NCBI RefSeq assembly: GCF_009914755.1
Contig: NC_060930.1
Length of the DNA: 64,000 nucleotides
Direction: 5' to 3' (one strand)
From: the human T2T-CHM13v2.0 reference genome, Homo sapiens
Position numbers and translations under genes: made by a program. This document shows, piece after piece, positions 1 through 28,462 of this stretch; position 1 is the first letter of the stretch, and each line of letters opens with the position of its first letter. A model generated the notes under the pieces. It did no database searches, was not told where the DNA came from, and worked only from the letters and a program-made list of their open reading frames with translations.

Positions 1-246
1 TGGGAATTTCATCACTAGAATAAGGCAAAACGCATGAGAATAAGAGTTCAAATGTAGTCAGTACAAACTAGTATCAAAAACTCTGTTGTATTATCGTTAA
101 TTGCTCCTCTGATTTTGCTAAAATTAAAAGAAAAATTATGTGGGGGGAGAATTAGAAAATATTCAAAGCTCCTAATATATTCCAGTAAACCCTGAGATGA
201 CAAATCTCATTTTCCAAGGAAAAGCAGTGCTAATTTTTTTTTGTAA

Positions 247-592
<346 letters not shown>

Positions 593-1485
593 TAGCTATT
601 TTATCCATAGCTATAATGGAATAGCTGCTGCTATTATTTATGCTCTATACATGTTACTTTGGCCCTAAAGCCTGAAGGAACCCATTGTTGTTTTCTACCA
701 CTGATGATTTTATCTGCACTTCTGCATCTGGGCAATTGTTCACAATAGTCACAAAGACCTAGCACTTGGTCTGAGAATCCTACCTGCTGAGGAGTTTTAT
801 TTGGCCAGTTTGGTAAAGGACATTTAAATGAAGATATCTAAAGCTAGCAGAAAACAGAGATTTTGGAGTCATCAGCACATTTGGGATGGTGGAAGCCACA
901 GCCAAGGAGGGGATGTAGTACACGAAGACCTCAGGGTAAATGTGCAGAGCCCTTATTAGGTATTCAGTAAAGACTTGAGGAGTAAAAGAATGAACTAGAA
1001 AATGACAATGTACTGATTATTAATTTATATTTGAGTAAAAAAGACTGTTATTTCCATCAAAATCTGCCTCTAGAATTTTCCAGCAAGAAAGTAAGTGATG
1101 ATAGTTATTAAAAGCCCTAGCAACAGTTTATATCCTTGAGGTAAAACCATCCTGTTTCAACAGATACCATATTCTCATTGAATTCCACATTAGCTTATGA
1201 TAAACACAAGATGTTTTTCATAATCTAGATGCAGGTTTTATGCATTTTTTTTTAGCAAAACATACAGGGAACTGCCAAGATGGGAGAGTAATCTTTCCTA
1301 AATCACTCCAAATGTCACCATGACTATAAGCATACTTTCCTAAATTGGGGGATTTTTGCTTAAGAAAATATAAGTTCATTCAAATGCTTCACTCACATTA
1401 TATTAAGGTTTCATCATTTATCCTATAAACAAAATTCTGCTTTTATATACATTAATCACTTTGTCATTCATAGGATCAAACCAAA

Positions 1486-13636
<12,151 letters not shown>

Positions 13637-14354
13637 GAGACAGTCCTTGCCCACCTAAAATCCATTTTGCCTTCGTTGTCACTAAAGCCAGAACTCAGTT
13701 GCGGTCTTATTGTTGACTTAAGTTTTAGAAAATATTCATGTAGTTTAGAGTGGAAAAGTTTTTGCACACATTTTGATCGAACTATATTCTAAGCACACAA
13801 AAAGCACAGTAGAACAGAAATGAATATATGCTAAATCACAAAGACAACTCTCCTTGCAAAATACTGCACTCTGCTGTTAGAAGCAGAGGAAAATATCTCT
13901 TCATAATCAAATATATGACATATACCTAGGAGCTGTGGATGTAATTACTGAAGAATGAGGTTTTTCATACCTGAAGAGTAAAAGAAAAACTAAGAGATCA
14001 AACTGAGAGGTATACATGAGGCTAGTGTTTGCATTCCTGGTTATATGTAATGTGATAAATTAGCTATGAATGGTAAAAGAACAAAACTGATCAGAGTAAA
14101 TTCATTAGCAATTATCACATTTAAGAATTGTTATCATTTAAAAATCATCCTTTTTTTCACACATACTGACTGTAGAATTAAAAAACAAAGCTACAATTTG
14201 CCCTCATACACACTGCTTCCACAGCTTGCTAGTTCTGTGTTTACTCAATGGAATATGAGAACTGAGGACATTATGGCTCTCATAATCTGCATAGGTATAA
14301 AGAGGATCATTTCTACCTAGGGATAGCCAAAGCATGGGTTTCAACACGTTTTGT

Positions 14355-14685
14355 ATTAAATATATTTTCAAAGTCCACAGTGATTTTTCTAAACGCTTAC
14401 AGATTCCATGAAATAAAAGTCTATTCTTTCAAGTGGAGCTAACCAGGATAATCTTTGTCCCCAAAGGCAAACCTTTAAAATAAATAGATCATTAAATCTT
14501 CACTTGTGGAAATGAGTTTTAGGGAAGGGATTGAGTCTTGGAACATGACTTTCATCCAGATATCTAACGACATAATAGAATGCATAATTAGCTCTGTGCC
14601 TCATGCATTATTGCCTTCTAAAATTACATAAATGATTAATGGGCAGACATAAAAGTGGGCTTTAAAGAAATCTAGTAATAATAAA
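14355..14685 (+). promoter_or_regulatory. Candidate FHL5 polyadenylation signal cluster
   Basis: ATTAAA at 14355 and AATAAA at 14412, 14479 and 14680, 0.7-1.05 kb after the stop. Which are used cannot be told from sequence. Confidence 0.4.
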
Positions 14686-16859
14686 AGCTGAAAAAGAATA
14701 ATTCACTGCTGATAATTCAGAACCTGCAAAGCAGCACAATAGAGTAATGTGGGCTGTAGGCGAGCCCTCCCCACTCTTCCCCCACACCTGTGCCACCCAC
14801 CTTACCCCAAGCCAGTTGTGCCCCCAGTTTCAATCTCCTGCATAACCAGGAGGTGCACTCCTAACCCTAAGCAACTGTCCTATAAGTCAGTCAGTGTTTA
14901 TTGATCACACAGGAAGTAAAGAGCCTTAGTGAGAAGTCCATCACCAGGTTTATCTTTATACCAGACTTTAACTGATCATGACCCTATCTTGCTACCCCTG
15001 GATATTTTCCACATTACTTGGGACAAATGGAAAGCAACCTCTGCTCTCCATGATCTGTTTTCACATTGGTTATAGCATCTCTTGGATGGAGTAGAGGGAG
15101 GTCAGGAGAAGAAGCCTACATAGATATATAACTGTCTTCTCTCAGATTACACATTATAGCATTAAAGGTTTTGATTAAAATCTAATTGTAAGATACTGCT
15201 GATTACAATTACCAAAATAGCATCACAGGAGATTCAATTAAAATTGTTATGGAAATAATTTTTGAAATAGTTTAAAATGCAAGAATATTCAGCGATGTTA
15301 ATAATTTAGAGATACTAATAAGTGTTCTGCTAGATAGACTATTTGAAAACTATAAATGTATTTTTGGATTAACAATGCCAAGGTATTTTTTCATATTCAC
15401 ATTGAAAAATACAGGCAAAACTATCAATATTTTTTCTGCATTATATGAAATTTCACAGGTAGAACTAAATCTATGATATAGAAAATAATAGCACATTACA
15501 CATAGAGAAAACCAAGCCACTTAGGTTTAGATAGATATATAACATGTAACATCTTCTCTGTTAACCAATTATAGATACATATACAACATGTAATGTTTTC
15601 TTAGTTAAACAATTGGAAATGTTTAGGCATTTTACTGTGTGGGGGCGGTGAGTATGCACATGATCAGACTTGTATTCTAGCTTTACAATTAAAATTCACA
15701 GAATCATTTCCTAAAGATTTTATTATCCTTTCATAAGTATAAATATATATACTTTTACATATAAATAGTTCTGCATTTAGAAGGTATCCTACACATCAAA
15801 CATCCATTAAACATGTACTATGCCAAAAGTTAGAGCTTATACTGTTATGGGTCTGGAGTTGTAGGAGGATGGATCATGGTATGGAAATGCAGAAGTGCCT
15901 GATGCAAAGATCCTTGCCTGCAGGTTAAACAAAGCACCACATATGTAGACATAGCACACATATGCAAAACAACTAAGAAAAAGACCTCCTTAGGTCTTTG
16001 CGTAACACACACAAAGATAAATGTAAAAATTATATAGTTGATTTATATGGTTTATGTAACAAAGAGAAAAACTCCTTAATGGACTTATCCAAAGATGAAA
16101 TGGACTGACTCAGGAAACAGTGGGCTCCCAGTAATTCAAAGGTGACATCTGCATGGGCAGGAAAGAAGTTAAAAGCAAATCCCATGTGCCAATAACAACC
16201 AGATGGCTTGGAAGTAGCAGAGACTGCCGAAGAGCAGGAGAAAATAAGATTGCTAAAAGAGAAAGAGTCAGAGGAAGGGAGAATATTAACTCTTAGGATA
16301 AAAAGTGACATAACGGGCCATAGAAAGTTACCAACTGTTCTTAAGTAAAGGAAGAAAATAATTATTGCAGTGTTTGAGGAAAATTATGCTTTTGATCCTT
16401 TGTGGAATAGAACCAAAGAAAGCAAGGTTCCAAGGATTAAGTTTCTTACTGAAGGAATAAGTTTGGTTAATGGCTACAAAAGTGAAAAGAAAGAGGAAGA
16501 AGGCATTGAGGGCCACGAGTTACATTTGTTGGCAAAGATGAGTATGCAAGTCAACAAGTCAAAATATTTTATTTTGTCATGTTGGGGATTAAAGATGACA
16601 AAAGAAGCAAAAATGTATTTCTGCTTCAATAATAATGACTAGGATGCCCAAGGGTTCAATTTTAACTTGGCATTATAAAAGTGTTAAATTGGGACAAACT
16701 AGCTCCACTGGTTAAGTAAAATGTGGTTATGTTACAATCCAGGCTTCAAAGCTTACATCGTTGCTATAACTTAAAAAAAAGAAACACTAGATTGTTCATT
16801 AGAGTAAAATATTGGCCTACCATTATGAAAAATGCATAACACTAATCACAAATGGTTAA

Positions 16860-17347
<488 letters not shown>

Positions 17348-19429
17348 TTAATCAAGCACATAGTCTGTAATGCACCTATAGATAGATGTTTATTATGATA
17401 ATGATACAGTTTTTGCTAATTTTATACATTGGTTTTTAGAAGTCTCTTATACTGAATAAATTTACATTTTACATAGTCTATATTACTCACATTATTTTTA
17501 AAGATTTATTTTTTACATTAACTGTTTAGTAAACAGAATAGGTGTGGAATAAATTCTGTAGTGTTTCTACTTCGATTACATAAAGAAACATGATAACTTT
17601 TACCTTCTATTACCCATCTGTTTTTACAACATTCAAATTATAACTATATATTCAGATATTATTTCAGGGCATTAATAGGAAAAAAACAAAATTGTCCGAC
17701 CCAAACAGAATCTCTCTTCTGTTAAATTAGGGGATCCATAGCTATGCTCTTTCTTACAGTAATAAAATGGTGAAAATATTCTAAACTAAAAATATCCTCT
17801 AATTATTATTTCTGTGACTCTGAAAATATTTCATGAAAAAAATCCCACTTCAATTGAATTTTTCTGCTTTGATGCAGATAGTCTTTTGCTAATTTCTTAT
17901 TTCTATATGTAAGGAATTGCTAAAACTCTTGGTGGCTTTAAACCCTTATTTATTCTATCTAAAGCAAAATTTATGTCTAGTACACAAATCTTCATGAAAC
18001 TTTAATCCACATTATTAGTATCATTTAGTTACTCTCCAGAATTAATCTTGGAAGCTGAATTCTTTTAACGACCAAAGATGTTCCACAAAGACTATTTGAA
18101 AGAACACCCTCATCAAACATTTCTAGTTCACTTTTTAAATCACATGGTTTTGAAAAGTACTGATCTTGTGGGGACCCAAAAGATAAACTTTTTGTCTTGG
18201 AATAGTGTCTCTTCAATGAAAGAGTCAGAATATCACTAGAAATTACAGTTGTTAGGTATTACCTTTATCCTAAACCTCTTCTTCCAGGAGTATTAAGTCT
18301 TTAGATCTTCATTATCCTACCAGAAACATTGCAGGATTGACTGAGATGGGATCATCATTAAAAAATGTGTGGGAACTTTGAGGTCCTCTTTTCAGGGAGA
18401 GGTAAAGGAGACCTGTCAAGACTTGGGAAAATACATCACCAGGATAGATTTGGCCTTAAGACTTCTCAGAATTTACTGAATCTGTATTGTGTTATGTCAA
18501 CATTTAAAAAAGGATATCGAGGAGAGAGGACATCAAGGCTTCATTTGAACCATCCATCTCAAAAGAATTTAGAAATGAGACCATCCATTCAAGTCATCCA
18601 TGTGCCTTCTTAGATGGTCCCAAAAATGTATCATCCAGAGAGAATTAGAGAAGTTTTGTATGATAATTATAACCATTCTGAATTTTTCTGGTTGATAAGC
18701 TTTAGACTAGATACTCAGTTCAATATGGAGGAAATCAAAAAGGAGGGAAAAGAAACGAGATTCAGACTCAAAGTTGGAGTCTATAAAAGAAATAACAGAG
18801 TTTACACGTATTTGAAATGACTGGATTTTATATCACTGTGGTTGAGAAAGGGAACAGCTCGCTGTGATAGAATTATGATCCCTGTCACCGAGGAGCAAAG
18901 AGTATTTGGGTCAAATATTTTCCCACGAATGTTAACAAACTTATGGAGTGGATGTCCATAAAGGGTTCTCTAAATGAGGAACATTAATGAGCTCAGCAGA
19001 CATTCATCCAGTGACTCAAACAGTGACATTAAATGCTATTCCTGCTACACACAAAAACAAAAAGTTTGATATTTACGGAATTCCACACACTGAATCCTTA
19101 AGGCTTATTCCTTCTTTAAAAAATGACATCCTATCCCTTGTTTGCCTCTGTAGCATCACTGATAAGTCTGTTTATTTGAGAGCTTCAACCCAACCTCTCA
19201 AACAGGAAATGAATGAAGGAGTATGGATAGAGGAAAAATGGAGAAAAAGAGTGTGGTGATAAAAATTTTGACATTTCTGAAAAAAAATAAAAAATTAAAA
19301 TTTTAAAACTTTTGTTTTCCCTATGTAATAGAAACTTTCCAAAACTACAAGATAGTTACAAGAGGCAAAATACATGCACAAAAAAAGGAAAAGTTTGATA
19401 AAATTTTGGGCTTAAGGACTACAGTTAGT

Positions 19430-19960
19430 ATCAGTCTTCTCCCCTCCATGGAAATTACTCTCTTAGACATCACCAACTAATATGTAGCCACAAAAGTCCA
19501 TGATTGCTTCTTCAACTTTCTGTCTGCTATGAGATAGGCACTTGCTATCGTTGGCTTCCTCAAGCTTCTTCAAAATCTTTCTGCCAGTGGCATCCATGAC
19601 ACCATTCTCTCCTATGTCTCCTAAATCTCTGCCCCATTCACTGGCACACCATCCTCTATCAATTTCTTAAAAACAAATATTCCTAAATATTCTTGACCTC
19701 CTTGCTCTATATTTTCTCTGTTGGTGAACTTACCTAATTCCATGATTTCAATTGCTTTCTCTGGATAGCTGAGTTCCAAATATACATCTTCTGCCTTGAA
19801 TTCTCTTCTGAGTTCCAGACCCAAGTTTCTCATTGCCTTTTGGACATCTCAAACCAATGTCATGCACACACCTAAAAATAACTTTATTATCCTTCCTCCA
19901 AATTCCACTTATCGTCCTCTGTTCCTCATCATAGTTAATGCATCATCCAAATAGAGCTTT
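19430..19960 (+). mobile_element. L2 fragment
   Basis: Pyrimidine-rich degenerate L2-like sequence (ctctcttagacatcacc...ctcttctgagttccagaccc...ggacatctc). Confidence 0.5.
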
Positions 19961-19992
19961 TTGAATTCAAGTCTTGGGTACATGAAAAGTAG

Positions 19993-20745
19993 TCATTAGG
20001 GAAATGCAAATTAAAACCACAATGAGATACCATTTCACACAGACTAGAATGGCTATAATAAGACAGACAGTAACAAGTATTGTTAAGGATGTAGAGGGAC
20101 AGGAACTTTCATATATTGCTGGCAGTAATGAAAATGATAGAAAATGATACAGCTATTTTGGAAAACAGTTTGATAGTTTCTCAAAAAGCTAAACATAAAA
20201 CTACCATAAAACCCAGAAATTTCACTCATATCTGCCCAAGAGAAATGAAAATATATGTCCACACAAATGTTCATAGCAGCATTATTCATAATAGCCCAAA
20301 CTTGAAACAATCCAAGTATTCAACTGATAAATAGATGAAAGAAGTATGATACAGCCATATAATATAATATGATGCAGCCATAAAAAGGAATGAAGTATTG
20401 ATACATGCTACAACATGAATGAACTTTGGAAATATTACGCTAAGTGAAAGAAGTCAGACAAAAAGGCCACATACTGTATGATTCCATGTATACAAGATGC
20501 TCAGAACAGGCAAATTTCCAGAGACAAAGTCGATTAGTGGTTTCCTGGGGTTAGGGTCATGAATTGTAATTAACTGCAAATGCCCACGAGGAAACTTTTT
20601 GGAAAGAATGAAAATATTCTCAAACTAATTTATGGTAATCATTGCACCACTTGATAAAATTACTAAAAATCATTGACTTATAGACTTGAAATGAGTGAAC
20701 TGCATGATATGTAAACTATAGCTCAATAAAGCTGGGTTTTTTTTA
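19993..20745 (+). mobile_element. L1MB/L1ME 3' fragment
   Basis: gtcattagggaaatgcaaattaaaaccacaatgagatacc...aaaaggaatgaagtattgatacatgctacaacatg...ctcaataaagctg. Confidence 0.85.
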
Positions 20746-21084
20746 AATCTATCTTGGATTTTCCCTCTCACCAATTCCTTACATCTGAGCCCTGTAAGAA
20801 AAGCCACAATTTTTTCGTTTTCCCTTGCAGACTTATTTTGTTTCCCCAAAATACCATTCACTTTAATTTTTATGTGCTCCTGCCCATGCTGTTTCCTCTG
20901 CTTAGGATTCTCTTCCTCTCACCTGCCTGTCAAAATTTTAGTCAACCTCTAAAGCCCAGATCAAAGTTGCCTCCTATGTGAAACCTTTACTAATATCCCT
21001 TAGCAAAATTTAATCATTTCCTGCAACTTCTTTTTTATAATTCTGTGAGAAGTTTAAACAACTTGGTTTATATTACAGTTAGGA

Positions 21085-21320
21085 GTGATAGGCAACCTGG
21101 TTAAACGATGGTTCTTGGAGTCAGAAAAGCTGGTTTCAGATCCCAGCTCTGCCACGGGCTTGTTATGTGACGTTTGGTTAAGTTACCGAACTCTGAGCCT
21201 TGGTTTCTCAATTTTCCAGTATAAATCTCAAAAAGTTTGATGTGAATATGAAATAAAATATATGCAAACTGCTTTACATCTACCTGGAACATATTCAACA
21301 TATTATAAAGTTATTAAAAT
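21085..21320 (+). mobile_element. MIR
   Basis: ggagtcagaaaagctggtttcagatcccagctctgccac...ctctgagccttggtttctca. Confidence 0.7.
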
Positions 21321-24213
21321 GTCAATTATCTTCACCTTCCTTCCCACCCCTACTCGACCCTATATCATATGTTTATTCATCTTTGATAAACTCAGTGCTT
21401 AGTGAAGTGTCTGGCACTGGGTAGACAGCCAATAAATACTTTCTGAATTAAATTCTAGTTGTGAAAATATTATTGCTATAATATTCTCCTAGTGTCAGTT
21501 GTCAATAATCATGATTAATATGTAAATCCCTTTTGCTATTGGCCTCAATCATGTTGTATAGAGTTGCCCATGTAAGAAGCAGCTAGATGGCAAATTAATG
21601 CCTCTAGTTTCAAGTATCTTCATTGAAGTTTTGATTTTGATACCACTGTTTCCTCTGTCCATATACTATTAATCTATAGAATATGCCTTTCTCAACCAGC
21701 ACTCACAGGGTGTCTGGAGACACTTAATTTTCAGGTGCTTTGGAGAATAACTGCCTATATTTGAAGTTTCCTCTAGGGCCCTCAAAGTAGATGTTTTAGG
21801 CATTGCATAGCTTTTTGTTAAGCCAGACCATCCTAAATATGCCTGCCAAATTTGGAGTCAATCTGTCCAAGTTTTGTATCATGTGTGTACAGACAGCTAG
21901 AAATGCAATTGTACTTACTTTGATTAAATCTCAAAATGCATTCTCTGTGTTCCTCAAAAATGCAGCCAATTTTACTTTAACCTACGCTGAGTATGTGTAG
22001 CTTTGGACATATTAAATTATTTTATCATACCAGAACAGCATTTATGGGCTGCCTCAATCCTCCCATGGTACAGCATTTCTCTTGTTCTTCCTTATTAAGC
22101 TTCCTATTTTTTTTTTGACACTTTCACCTTTCCTGTTCCAGTGTTCTCCTTCTCTTAATGTGCACTAATTCCTAGTGGATATAAGTTTAGGATATTAACA
22201 TAATTACTTCGGATGGAATTCTAGAAAATAAACATCTAGGCATTTCTTTATCCATTTACCTGGTCCTTAACTAGCACCCACACTTTTCTTGCCTGATGCC
22301 CCAGTATTAAACTCAATATGTAGCTTCTAAGAACAGAAATACAAGTCCACAGCTAGAAAATGTTCAGAGACAGATATTAAAACTGGGAGAAATAAAAACT
22401 CTCTGGGTATTGAAACTTTAATTCTCATTCTTAGGTTTTTCATAAAATCTTCTATTATCTCTCATAAGAAGTATGTTTCTAGCTGCCAGTATGAGGCTTT
22501 TGTCAGTTTATGAGGAGAGTAATATCAAAACCCACAACTGCTTTGATTCTCAAAAGAAATATTAAAGACCTTTAGTTTGTAATCATAATGTACAATAATT
22601 GTTGAAAATCTTCAGCTAGTTATCTTCTTTGTGAATAATTGTTACCTTAAAGTGACAACAATCTCCCTTTCAAATACATCTGAAGCAAATGCAGGCAGGT
22701 GTAGGTGATGTTGTCTTAGCTTTCTTTACCTCCCCCAGTAAGAACCTCCAGCACTCTCCATGTCCCTAGGAATATGAAATGCACTTGCCTTCATTTTCTA
22801 CAATAATCTAATAAACTGGTACTTTAAATTATTCTCATTGTACTGATGAGGAATTTGAGGTTAAAAGAGGGACAATAATTGGCTCGAGTTATTACAATAT
22901 GTATGGATCTGATTCCAGAGTCTATGATATCAGTGATGCTATTAATACAAATACATGGTGCCACCACTCTCTGCAGAAAGCCTAGTGTTACCATTTCCCC
23001 TTTCCCACATACCCACTTCCTGCTGGTCGCAGGTCTTGTTTCACTTGTTGAATGTCTCTTAAGACTGTTTTCTCCTTTTCACTGCCATGGTTCAAGCTTC
23101 ATTACCTCTCATCTAGATGCTTTAAATTATCTCCTGTTAAAACATGTTTTTGTATCTCCATGGCCTCATCCTTTCATCTATCCTACACCTTTCCTCCACC
23201 AGATCAATATTTCTTAATTAGCATCTGATTATGGCTTCATCTTGCTCAGCAGCCTTTACTGGCTCTCCATTAGTTCACCTCCAAAATCTGGCCTCATGGC
23301 TCTTCGTAGGCTACTCTATCAGCATTTTTCCCCACTAGAATAGGTACCTCTGAGGATGGAGTCTTTGTCTATTCTATTCACCATCAAATATGCATTGCCT
23401 AGAACAAAACCTAGTACAGAGAAGGTGCTGAAATAAGTGTTGGGTGAAAGAATGAAGAAACATTCTGCTTTAGCCATATCTTATTACTCATTGCTCCCAA
23501 AATAAATAAATACTGGATTTTCTTCAACTTGGTTCTTTTGCTCAAAATAGTCTCCTACCTGGGTAGTCCTCCCTATCATCGCCATTTATGCAATTAATTC
23601 CAAATTAAAATTTAGCCATTTATCACTCACAAGTCAACCTTTCCAGCTGGAAATATTCACCCCCTCCTATGTATTTATGACAATTCTCATATCATACTCA
23701 TTATATTTGCTTTGAGTTATATAGTTAATTATCCTATAGTCATCTGAAACTATTGATTCAAAATAGGGCAATGTCTCATTCAGCATTGTATTTCCCATAA
23801 TGTTGGGTATAAAATAAGCTTAAATAAATGTTGAGTTTTAAAATTGAATTGAGTCACAGGACAAGTCACTTCTGAATTTCTTCCTCAAAACTGGTAAACA
23901 TTGATACACATGTAAACAATAATGATAAAAGCATTAATAACACTGAACACCAAGGACTGCATGAATTTCATTCCTCCAGTAGCCTTATGCAGTATATACT
24001 ATCATTACCAGATAGGAAAACTGGAGCACAAAGAAGTTAAGTTCTCCAAGATCCCACAGTTATTACAAGAAGGCCAGAGTTTTAAGTAAGAGGTTTGGCT
24101 TTAGGGCCAAACCATGCTCTTAACCTTGGACACTACGACCTCCAAAATTAGAAAGGAGAAACTTTAGAAAGAGCCAAATATAAGCACAATTGATCCTTAT
24201 TACAGGCCTCTAA

Positions 24214-24568
<355 letters not shown>

Positions 24569-27500
24569 TCATTCTAGCAACATTTTAAAAGGAGGCATAA
24601 TTTTATTCACATTAAAAGAATCAATCAATAAAACCAATGAAAGAATAAATTTGAGGAACTGTTTGTGGAAAAGTAGTTGTTTTACTAACAAAAAAAAAGT
24701 GGCAGGATACTTAGAAGTCATAGTTTCATGAAAATGCGATTTTTTTTAAAAAAAAGTAAAGGTATGGTTTATTCTTTGAATTATCCACTAGATGGCAGAA
24801 AATTGTTACTGTCCAAAGCACTATTACTGTATTAGTCCAGGCTCCTTTCTAAGCTCCAGAAGTTATGCAAATTGCTTTCACCTCTACCCCTGCAATGCTA
24901 GCCTTTTCACAAGTGGCATTTTAAAACACATCAGTATTTTTAAGCTGGGAAAGAAAAATCAGAGGTTTCAGAGTTATAAATATTAGGTATGAGCATACTA
25001 ATTATATGTTTGTGTTACTCTGCTCTAACACAGAAGGAACAGATGCACAGACATGTTGGGAGAAGGGCTGAGAGCCCACATAGAATGATCTATCCAGATG
25101 CCAGATATTAGAGTTAAGCTGAAAAGCCTCCAGTAGGACAGTTTCCTGTAACTTGTAAGTCATGGTTTTCATCCCTCTTAGCATATTAGATTTGCCTGGG
25201 GGCCCTACCCCAGGCCCAATTCTCTGGTGGTGGAACCTGGACATTGGCAGTTTTTTCAAGCTTTTTAACTATAAAATAAGAGAAATAGACTAAGCAATTA
25301 TAGTATTTTCTTCCAGGTCTAACATTCTAGGATTGAAGTCTAATAGCATATTTATTACTATAAGCTTCATAAGCACAAGCACAAGAACTAATTCTGTTCT
25401 GGATCCTTTATGAACATAAATTCAGTTAATTTACACACAGTGAAAGACCTTAGGGAAAAACTAGACACAGAAAGGTTTCATAACTTGCCCAAGGCTATGC
25501 TGTAAGAGAGAAAGTCAAGACAGATTTGACCCAGTCAAGCCTGAATATATAACACTATGCCAAAATTCCCATAAACAGTGGATCAACTTATAAACAATAT
25601 CCATCTCTCTATCTATAACTAAAATTATACCTGCACTTACCATAATGGTCTCTACCTTATTATTTAATCTTGCAGCTGCTGAGCTGGTTGAAAAATTGGC
25701 ATAACATATCTGTGAACAGCGATGTAACAGACCAACTCTAAAACAATCAGTACATTTGGGTGTACTATTGTTTTTCTGGGCGAAATTGTACTTGAACTCA
25801 GAAACTCTGGTATTTTGCAAAAAAGAAGAGTATTAGAAAAGTACTTAATAGAATTTTCAAGAGAATTCTAATTGAGTAAATCTTATAAACATCTTTTAAC
25901 ATATATTTTGATTCCAGGGCTCATAGAGACTAATAAAACCAAGTTCTGTCCATAATCTCTCCTCTCTTTTTAGAGCCTCACCTTTTTTCTGGCATATGAA
26001 CATATAGGTCTCTTGATCCAGCAGGAAGGGATTCTGCAGAAACACATAAAAGTTTAGTATAAATTCTTCTACACTCACCCTGTCAAGCTGAATTCCCTGA
26101 AGCTTTTCCCTGGAAAGTTAAAACATTTTGCCAACATTGCTTGCCCAATGAAGACCTAGGGGGTCAGAGGTGAGTAGTGAGTATAATGTACAGTTGCTTT
26201 GTAGTTCTGAATGATTTGCCTTTGAGAAAAGTAATAATGTTGATGAGAACTGACTGGCTTTAAGGGTGACCATTATATTATTTTTGAGCTTTTTATGATG
26301 GAAAATTTCAAACATATTCAAAAGTAGAGTGAGTGGTATAATACACACGCAAGTAGCCATCACCCAGATTCAAACATTATCTCCCACTCAATCTTTTTGC
26401 TATACTTCCACATATTCCCTCCTACTAACACAAGCATTACTTTGAAGCAAATCCAAGACATATTATTTAATCTATAAAATTTTGGTATGCATGTCTTAAA
26501 GTAAAAGCGTCTTTTAAAGAAGAGATAATCATTATATGATATTTAAAGTAATAATTACATTTGAAGAATGCATTTTATCCAGATCCCATTTATTATTGAA
26601 TGCCCTGACACTGGGGAGTGTGAGTGGCATGGAGGAATTAAATTTTATTTCCAGAAAGTAATTTATCAGGCAAATTTTAATCAACAAGAGTATAAAGGGC
26701 CTCATGACTACATCAAAGTTTACTCCATTTTCCCCTAGCACTTTTTCCAAACTTTAGACTATGTTTTATTCTTGTCAAATAGTTGTAATCTCCTTATTAA
26801 CAATTTAGTTTTAGAAAAAAGTTGTTTCTTCTGATTAAATGTCAGTAGCATATACTGTGTGAAATACCGAAATACAGTGATTTAACAAGCCACAGAAGTT
26901 TCCTCTATGTCCCAAAGGCTGTAGATTGAGTGGTAATTTTTAACCTGTGGAGAAACTTTCATCATAACTGGGGACAATGCAATGGAGGGAGACTGACCTT
27001 GGAGGAAGGGCACTCAAAAGGTGGTAACCACAACAGATACAACAGATATTTGGACTCGGACTTTCCCTCTTGAAGAAAATTGGATCGGCATTAAGTCTGT
27101 CTCCCTAGACAAAGTTTTTTAATCTGTAGCTAACTGGTCCGTGAAGTCCTGGAGGTAGGGGCCACAGCAAGTAGTATGTCTTCTGTGGTATATGTAGACT
27201 TTCTGAAATCAGTAAGAGGCTTTTTCTAAACCATTGTCTCAACTAGGGCTAGTAGCCACCCAGCAATTATCTGGGAAAGCCAGGCATAAATACTGGCCTC
27301 ACCATGTGTAGGGGCACAGAAAGGAAAGGAGATAATTTAAAATTGAAGACTATCTTGGAGATTCCTAAAGAGCCATAATGGTTAATTTTGTTATTGGAAT
27401 GGGGCTTGGCACTTGGTTATAGCTCTGGTCCCTGGAGTGCACTTTCAGTAGCAGAAATCCAAACGTGAGGAGAAGTCAGATACAGCAGACCACATCAAAG

Positions 27501-27919
27501 TGATATTTCCATCAGTCAAAAATTAACTGAAAATTATGCGCTGATCTAATTTAGCACAGTGAAAAGTTCTATCCTAAACAGTTGCACAGTTTGATAGTAC
27601 ACATCTGATGTTTTCTTTCAAAGGCCTATTTCAAATCCATCAATCTATCATTGAACTGATTCATGGTCAACTTTCTCTTTACTTCTTCTTTTTCTTTAAT
27701 TTAGGAGTCTGGTTTTCTGATCTTTGTCTGACACCATCCTTCTCTTTCCAAGTATGCTGTCAAAACAGGCTTAGCCATCCTAATTGTCTTGAGTAATGAT
27801 TTCCACATATACTTCACACCAACATCTTCTCCTCTTTTGTCCAATAGCCACTCCTCTTCCTTGTTCTATGTCTGGATAACAGCCTATCACATTTGCAGAG
27901 CCAGTGATAGAAGTATTGC

Positions 27920-28224
27920 TTTTTTTGCCTTTTTTTTTTTTTTTCTGAGGTAGAGTCTCGCTCTGTCACTAAGGCTGGAGTGCAGTGGCGCAATCTCGGC
28001 TTACTGCAACCTCTGCCTCCCAGGTTCAAGCAATTATCTGCTTCAGCCTCCCAAGTAGCTGGATTACAGGTGCCCACCACCACGCCTGGCTAATTTTTGT
28101 ATTTTTTTAGTAGAGATGGGGTTTCACCATGTTGGCCAGGCTGGTCTTGAACTCCAGACCTCGTGATCCACCGCCTGGGCCTACCAAAGTGTTGGGATTT
28201 CAGGCATGAGCCACTGCACCTGGC
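27920..28224 (-). mobile_element. AluS element
   Basis: Poly-T, gagtctcgctctgtcac...gagccactgcacctggc. Confidence 0.92.
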
Positions 28225-28462
28225 TACTTATTTTTTTTTAACCAAGATAGCTCTACTACCATTTTCCCTATGAATAGGTACAACCATATTCTTTTCCCCA
28301 GTACAAAACATCAAATCCTTTGTTCATTCTTTTCTCCCACGTTCATTTTTTTGACAAAATGATTTCCATTTTGTGAGATGGGTCCTTTAACATACTTTTC
28401 ATCTCAGTGATCTATCACAGAAATTCCCATACAGATATTGCCTCATTCTTATGTATTCTTTT

